Shown piece after piece: positions 58,930 through 64,000 of a DNA stretch of 64,000 nucleotides. This DNA comes from Acidilobaceae archaeon (GTDB lineage: Archaea; Thermoproteota; Thermoprotei_A; Sulfolobales; Acidilobaceae): contig JAWAWX010000001.1 in NCBI GenBank assembly GCA_038897215.1, positions 288,001 through 352,000 on the forward strand, given 5' to 3'. A program made the translations under genes and the position numbers. The notes under the pieces were generated by a model. The model had not been told where the DNA came from. It searched no databases and worked only from the letters and a program-made list of their open reading frames with translations. Positions within the stretch are counted from its first letter, which is position 1. Every line of letters starts with the position of its first letter.

Positions 58930-60136
58930 GCAAGCAAGCGCTGGAGTGTTTAGAGCTAGGAGGGTTAGCGGAGACCTCTACGATATATTCGTGGGGCCCC
59001 AGCACCCCGGCTCTGGCCACATGAGGCTCAGAGTGAGGCTCGATGGAGACGTGATAGCTGAGGTAGACCCGGATGCTGGCTACGTCCACAGAGGGGTAGA
59101 GAAGCTAGCGGAGACCAGAGAGTGGCTGAAGAACATTCCTCTCTTCGAGCGCGTGAACATAATAGATGCTTGCAACATAACGCTACCCTACGTGAGAGCG
59201 ATAGAGGCTCTATCGGGGCTAACGGTGACCACTAAGGCTAGCGTTCTCAGAACAGCTCTCTGCGAGATAAACAGGATCGCTTCTCACCTCTACGGCTTCA
59301 GCATACTCGGAGTCTTCATAGGCCACTCGACCATGTACATGTGGTGCATGGCTGATAGAGAGGTCTTCGTCAAGCTAGCCGAGATCCTAACGGGCGCCAG
59401 GCTAACGCACACCTACGCTATCCCAGGAGGCGTTAGGAGAGACGCTCCGAGAAGCTTCTCCGAACTCCTGAGGAAGGCAGCGCGCTTCATGAGGAGGAGG
59501 CTTAGAGAGTACGACTCGTTCTTCTTGAAGAACCCCGTGGTTAGAAGCAGGCTTGAGAACGTTGGAGCAATATCGAGGAAGACCGCTGTAGAGCTAGGGC
59601 TCACAGGCCCCAATCTGAGAGGTAGCGGGGTAGCCTACGACGTCAGGCAACGCGAGCCCTACGAGGCGTACGGAGACCTAGACTTCGAGATCCCGGTGGC
59701 GAACGAGGGAGACGCTCTAGCCAGGACGTATGTGAGAGTGCACGAAATAGAGCAGAGTCTACTCATCCTCGAGCAGATAGCCTCAATGCTGGAGAAGCTC
59801 GACAAAGAGCCGGTGATCCCCGAGAAGACGCTGGAGAAGCTACCGAAGCTCTACAGAGAGGTCTACGAGCAGAAGGGCGTAGTCAAGCTTCTCCCGACGA
59901 TGGTCACCATGCGAGTCCCCCCGGGGAGAGCTGTGTCGAGAGCTGAGGCTGCTAGAGGAGAAGTCCTCTACTATGTGGAGAGCAGAGGCGGAGACAAGCC
60001 CTACAGGGTTAGGCTCGTGACCCCCTCCTTCAGGAACCTGGCCGCATTGAAGTATGCCGCGCCCGGGCACAAGCTGATGGACCTTCCAGCGATCTACGCG
60101 AGTCTAGACTACTTCCCGCCTGAGGCTGATAGGTGA
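58919..60136 (+). CDS. nuoD: Complex I-like subunit D
   Basis: GPQHP, GYVHRG.EKL, EINRIASH, PGGV, RGSG, E..RGE, C-terminal PEADR; no NiFe CxxC pairs. Confidence 0.94.
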   Translation: MSGEQASAGVFRARRVSGDLYDIFVGPQHPGSGHMRLRVRLDGDVIAEVDPDAGYVHRGVEKLAETREWLKNIPLFERVNIIDACNITLPYVRAIEALSGLTVTTKASVLRTALCEINRIASHLYGFSILGVFIGHSTMYMWCMADREVFVKLAEILTGARLTHTYAIPGGVRRDAPRSFSELLRKAARFMRRRLREYDSFFLKNPVVRSRLENVGAISRKTAVELGLTGPNLRGSGVAYDVRQREPYEAYGDLDFEIPVANEGDALARTYVRVHEIEQSLLILEQIASMLEKLDKEPVIPEKTLEKLPKLYREVYEQKGVVKLLPTMVTMRVPPGRAVSRAEAARGEVLYYVESRGGDKPYRVRLVTPSFRNLAALKYAAPGHKLMDLPAIYASLDYFPPEADR

Positions 60137-61152
60137 TGAGCGAGCTAGCTGGAGCTCTCTGGAACGTCGTCGTGGTGGGCTTGCTCGGCTCAGCCGTCTT
60201 CTCAGCTATAGCAGTGTGGTTCGAGAGGAAGGCGACTGCTAGAGTGCAGAGGAGGATAGGGCCTCTGTGGGTGAGCGCTCGAGCTGGAGGCATTCTCCAG
60301 CCGCTCGCCGACCTAATCAGGCTGGCTAGGCAGCCCCCCGTGCTCCCCCGGGAGGCTCACAAGCCGGTTCTCGTCATGCTCACTGTCCTGGCTTTCGTGG
60401 CTTCTCTAGCGCCCGTCTTCGTATTGCCTATGACGAGCGTTGAGAGGTACGCTCCTCTGAGTAGCACTAGCTACACTCTCTTCCTGGCTCTCGCGATAGC
60501 CGTTCTCGCCTCTCTACCGATAGTGTTCATGGGGTGGGCTAGCGGGAACAAGTTCGCTGTGATCGGTAGCCTGAGAGAGTCCTACATACTCATAACGTAC
60601 GAGGTCGTGATGCTAGCCTCTATAGTCTCCGCTGTAGTGCTAGCCGGTACTCTCGACGTAGTGGAGATCGTCGAGTTCCAGAAGCAGCATCTCTGGATAG
60701 CTCTAATGAATCCGCTGAGCCTAGCGGCTCTAGTGCTCGCCATGTTTTTAGCCTCGTCCTCTTTCCCCTTCGAGATCGCTGAATCCGAGACAGACGTGGT
60801 CGCAGGACCCTACACTGAGCTCAGCGGCGTCCTCTACGCTCTATCCATGGCTAGCGTCTACGTGAAGCGCTACGCTTACTCCGTGATAGCGTCGATAGTC
60901 TTTCTGGGAGGCTGGGACCCCATTGAGCCGAGCGGAGGTCTAGCCATGTCTCTAGCCGCTCCAACTCTAGTCGTTCTATTCAAGGCCCTTCTCGTGATGC
61001 TATTCGCTAGCACCACTAGAGCAGTATACGGGAGACTGAGGCTAGACCAGGCTCTAGACGTGGCTTGGAGAGTCGGAGTCCCTCTAGCGGTAGCCGCGAT
61101 AGCCTGGTCCGCTGTTCTCAGAGCTCTCTTGATGGTGACAGGCTATGGCTAG
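60133..61152 (+). CDS. nuoH: Complex I-like subunit H
   Basis: ERK..ARVQRRIGP, QPLAD, GWAS.NKF, YEV, PFEIAESE. Confidence 0.94.
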   Translation: MMSELAGALWNVVVVGLLGSAVFSAIAVWFERKATARVQRRIGPLWVSARAGGILQPLADLIRLARQPPVLPREAHKPVLVMLTVLAFVASLAPVFVLPMTSVERYAPLSSTSYTLFLALAIAVLASLPIVFMGWASGNKFAVIGSLRESYILITYEVVMLASIVSAVVLAGTLDVVEIVEFQKQHLWIALMNPLSLAALVLAMFLASSSFPFEIAESETDVVAGPYTELSGVLYALSMASVYVKRYAYSVIASIVFLGGWDPIEPSGGLAMSLAAPTLVVLFKALLVMLFASTTRAVYGRLRLDQALDVAWRVGVPLAVAAIAWSAVLRALLMVTGYG

Positions 61153-61651
61153 AACTAGATTGGTAGAAGCGGGTAGGCAGAGCTACTGGAGTAGCCTAGT
61201 CTACTCGCTGAGAGTCCTAGCTGAGGGAGTCAAGTACATGATCCGCCCCCGGAGGAGGTTCACGATCCTCTATCCCAGAGAGCGAGTCGCTCACGAAGAG
61301 GGTTTCAGAGGGTACATAGAGCTGAGCCTACCCAAATGCATCGGGTGCAGGAGCTGCGAGAGAGTGTGCCCGGCTAGAGCGATTGAGATGGTAGCAGTGG
61401 CTTCTCAAGAGGCTCGGTCTAAGCTAGCTCCTCGCTTCAACTATCAGAGGTGCATATTCTGCGGCTTCTGCGTCGACGTGTGTCCCACCAACGCTCTCTC
61501 CCACATAGAGAGCCTAGACCAGGTGTACGAGAGACTCGAAGACATGGCCGTCGAGCCGGGAGAGCCCCCGACCCGCTTGCCCGAGGAGGGAGAGCCCCGC
61601 GCTCACGTGATCGATGAGGAAGAGGGTCTGGTCAAGGTGAGGGAGAGATGA
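61145..61651 (+). CDS. nuoI: Complex I-like subunit I (2x[4Fe-4S])
   Basis: CIGCRSCERVCP, CIFCGFCVDVCP. Confidence 0.94.
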   Translation: MARTRLVEAGRQSYWSSLVYSLRVLAEGVKYMIRPRRRFTILYPRERVAHEEGFRGYIELSLPKCIGCRSCERVCPARAIEMVAVASQEARSKLAPRFNYQRCIFCGFCVDVCPTNALSHIESLDQVYERLEDMAVEPGEPPTRLPEEGEPRAHVIDEEEGLVKVRER

Positions 61652-62130
61652 GTCTGCTCTTGGTCGCTGTGATTGCCGCGATAGCTCTAGGGGTAGCTGC
61701 TGTAGCTCTGAGAGACCTAGTGTACTCGAGCCTCTCCCTAGCCGTCTTGGGGATAGCTACAGCCTCTCTTCTCGCTCTCTCGGGCTACTTGCTGCCAGCG
61801 ATCCTAGTCATCCTGGTCTACGTGGGGTCAGCAGTGATGCTCCTAGTGGTCTCAGTCTCCATGATCGGAGGGGTCGAGAGCGAGCCCAAGAGTAGCGCTC
61901 GGGGAGCTATAGCCGGCGTTGCAGCGTTCTCGCTCGCGCTACTACTCTACGTGGAGTCGAGAGGGTATATTGCTGAGAAAGCGCTCGAGCACCCATACGT
62001 CAGCATAGAGGCCGTGGCCAGCACTCTAGTCGAAGAATACCCTCTAGCGCTGGCCCTGATAGTGCTGTCTCTGCTAGCGACAGCCATCGAGGGCCTCTTG
62101 CTCCTGAGAGTCTGGGGTGCTAGAAGGTGA
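61648..62130 (+). CDS. nuoJ: Complex I-like subunit J
   Basis: DLVYS, LVYVGS; position in operon. Confidence 0.88.
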   Translation: MSLLLVAVIAAIALGVAAVALRDLVYSSLSLAVLGIATASLLALSGYLLPAILVILVYVGSAVMLLVVSVSMIGGVESEPKSSARGAIAGVAAFSLALLLYVESRGYIAEKALEHPYVSIEAVASTLVEEYPLALALIVLSLLATAIEGLLLLRVWGARR

Positions 62131-62414
62131 TCAGCGACGTCTTGGCGGTAGCGGGTTGCGCTCTACTAGGCTTAGGGGTATACGGTCTCGTGAGCTCGAG
62201 TAATCTAGTCAAGCAACTGATCTCCATCGAGGTAGCGTTCAACGGAGCCATAGTCATGGTCGCCGCTCTGCTAGTAGCTAGCCCCGAATTCGCCACACTA
62301 CTGTTAGTCTTGCTGGCGGCTATCGCTACTAACGAGACGATAATGCTCATAGTGTTGATCCTAGCCTACTACAGGAGAGAACGTAGTCTAGCTTCGAGGG
62401 GTGTGGAGGCGTGA
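62127..62414 (+). CDS. nuoK: Complex I-like subunit K
   Basis: GVYG....NLVK.LISIE..FN; three TM segments. Confidence 0.9.
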   Translation: MISDVLAVAGCALLGLGVYGLVSSSNLVKQLISIEVAFNGAIVMVAALLVASPEFATLLLVLLAAIATNETIMLIVLILAYYRRERSLASRGVEA

Positions 62415-63979
62415 GCGAGGAGGTAGTCCTGGGGGCTCCCATACTCTGGCTCTCTATACTAACGCCACCACTACTAGCCGCCTTAGCCGGAGCTCTGGGC
62501 TTCAGGAGCGTCTGGCACGTGAGGCTGGTAGCCTACGCGTCGGCCGCTCTCTTCTCTCTCCCAGCCGCCGCTACTCTCTGGTATCTCTACGTGAGCGGGC
62601 ACAGAGCTCTAAGAGACCCTCTCTACGTAGACCTGAGGAGCCAGGGCTTCGGAGCCCTCGGGCTCGCTGTAGACCACTTCTCTGCTCCCGTGGTCATAGG
62701 AGTCTCTCTAGTCACGTCTCTCGTCTCGATATACAGCATCAAGTACATGGAGCACAGGATCGCCGAGATGGAGAAAGAGGGCGTTCACGCTCCGTCGCTC
62801 ACCGCTTACTACATCATGTACCTGTTGTTCTCCTCATCCATGCTCGGTGTAGCGATGTCGACGAACATGATCGAACTCTACGTATTCCTAGAGCTCTCCC
62901 TGATCTCGTCTTTCCTGCTAATAGCCTTATACGGCTACGGCGACAGGTTCTTCGTAGCGCTACTCTACTTCGTCTGGACTCACGTGAGTAGCATGCTGAT
63001 ACTACTCGGGGTCCTCTACTTCGGCTTGAAGGCGGGCTCCTTCGATATACTTGATATCTCGAGTCTCTCCTACGTAGCCGCCTACTCCAGCGTAGAACTC
63101 AAGGGTCTATCTACTCTCATCCCAATCCTCATGACTCTCGGCTTGCTCATAAAGCTTGCCGCCTTCGGCGTCCACGTGTGGCTCCCCTACGCTCACGCAG
63201 AGGCCCCCACGCCCGTCTCAGCGCTACTCTCACCGAACATGGTCGGGCTCGCTGGCTATCTCATAGCTAGACTTGGCTTCGTTCTCTTCGGTAACATCAT
63301 GACTCTCTTGAGCACTCCTCTCATAGTCCTTGCTCTCGTCAGCATAGTCTTCGGCGGTCTCCTAGCCGTGAGAGAGAATGATATAAAGAGGCTTCTAGCC
63401 TACTCTAGCGTGAGCCAGATGGGCTACATACTCTTAGGCATAGCCGCGCTCTCTAGCTACGGCTTGGCTGGAGCGATGCTACACTATCTCGCTCACGCTG
63501 TGGGCAAAGCGATACTATTCATGGTAGCAGGAGTCTTCATAATGGAGCTAGAGGGGCTGAGGAGTGTAGAGAAAGCCGGAGGGCTAGCGAAAGTCTACCC
63601 AGTGACTTCGGGATTAGCTGTCTACGGGTTCATGCATCTCATGGGAATGCCTCCCGCTATGGGTCTTTGGAGCAAGATCTTGATATTCTTCGGTCTCGTC
63701 GAGACATACCTAGCTACTCCACTAGCGCTCGCAGCGATAGCCGTCGCAGCAACCTTCTGCTTCCTAGCCACAGTCTTTTACGTGACGACGGCGCTTTCGA
63801 AGATATTCTTCGGTGAGACTCGAGGGGAGTGGAGCGTTAAAGAGGAGTTCGACGAGCCTAAGGCTACTATACTCGTTCTAGGGGTGACGGGGCTACTGTT
63901 GTTCATGTTGACTGTAGCGATCGCAGGACCTCTTCTCGAAGCCTCTGCTGAGCTCCTAAAAGCCGGGGGTGCTCCGTGA
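62411..63979 (+). CDS. nuoM: Complex I-like antiporter-type subunit M
   Basis: FLEL, KLAAFGVHVWLP.AH.EAPTPVSALLS, DIKRLLAYSSVSQMGY. Confidence 0.85.
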   Translation: MSEEVVLGAPILWLSILTPPLLAALAGALGFRSVWHVRLVAYASAALFSLPAAATLWYLYVSGHRALRDPLYVDLRSQGFGALGLAVDHFSAPVVIGVSLVTSLVSIYSIKYMEHRIAEMEKEGVHAPSLTAYYIMYLLFSSSMLGVAMSTNMIELYVFLELSLISSFLLIALYGYGDRFFVALLYFVWTHVSSMLILLGVLYFGLKAGSFDILDISSLSYVAAYSSVELKGLSTLIPILMTLGLLIKLAAFGVHVWLPYAHAEAPTPVSALLSPNMVGLAGYLIARLGFVLFGNIMTLLSTPLIVLALVSIVFGGLLAVRENDIKRLLAYSSVSQMGYILLGIAALSSYGLAGAMLHYLAHAVGKAILFMVAGVFIMELEGLRSVEKAGGLAKVYPVTSGLAVYGFMHLMGMPPAMGLWSKILIFFGLVETYLATPLALAAIAVAATFCFLATVFYVTTALSKIFFGETRGEWSVKEEFDEPKATILVLGVTGLLLFMLTVAIAGPLLEASAELLKAGGAP

Positions 63980-64000
63980 TAGAGGCCGCGTTAGCAACAC
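63976..64000 (+). CDS. Start of next nuo subunit (probably NuoL), partial
   Basis: GTGA overlap with the nuoM stop after a GGGGGTG Shine-Dalgarno; identity inferred only from operon order. Confidence 0.45.

Noticed and set aside
58919-60136. Group 4 [NiFe]-hydrogenase or MBS sulfane reductase interpretation of the nuo cluster
   Set aside because: The large subunit lacks both CxxC metal-binding motifs
791-62991. Many 60-200 aa antisense or alternate-frame ORFs in the track (e.g. 1361-1744, 47695-48303, 56088-56600, 62401-62991)
   Set aside because: Ser/Leu/Arg-rich shadows of well-supported genes, with no motifs
1-64000. tRNA, rRNA, CRISPR arrays, IS elements, integrases
   Set aside because: No cloverleaf/T-loop signatures, spaced direct repeats or transposase/integrase ORFs seen by eye

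Overview
Gene-dense window from a thermophilic crenarchaeon (Thermoprotei-like, judged from TIP49, two PurP paralogs, GHMP-type shikimate kinase, C/D box sRNAs, TTTAA/TATA promoters and many GTG/TTG starts). The left ~25 kb is mixed housekeeping and accessory: TIP49, class III RNR, an HhH-GPD glycosylase with two Cys clusters, a Type IIG R-M enzyme, an ECF/QueT transporter, a CydAA'-type oxidase, a beta-eliminating lyase and thiamine genes. It also holds five candidate C/D box guide sRNAs, all missed by the ORF track. From 25.4 to 57.2 kb is an anabolic super-cluster (de novo purine, histidine, shikimate/tyrosine, purA), followed by a complex I-like operon without an N-module that runs off the right end. 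Top observation: every glutamine-hydrolysing module of these pathways is missing or dead while the synthase partners are intact. purQ/purS are absent between purC and purL, hisH is absent between hisB and hisA, and both PurF copies lack the catalytic Cys1. This suggests direct, ammonia-fed (glutamine-independent) purine and histidine biosynthesis. Several conserved genes also appear to start at near-cognate codons. No tRNA, rRNA, CRISPR array or transposase was seen.
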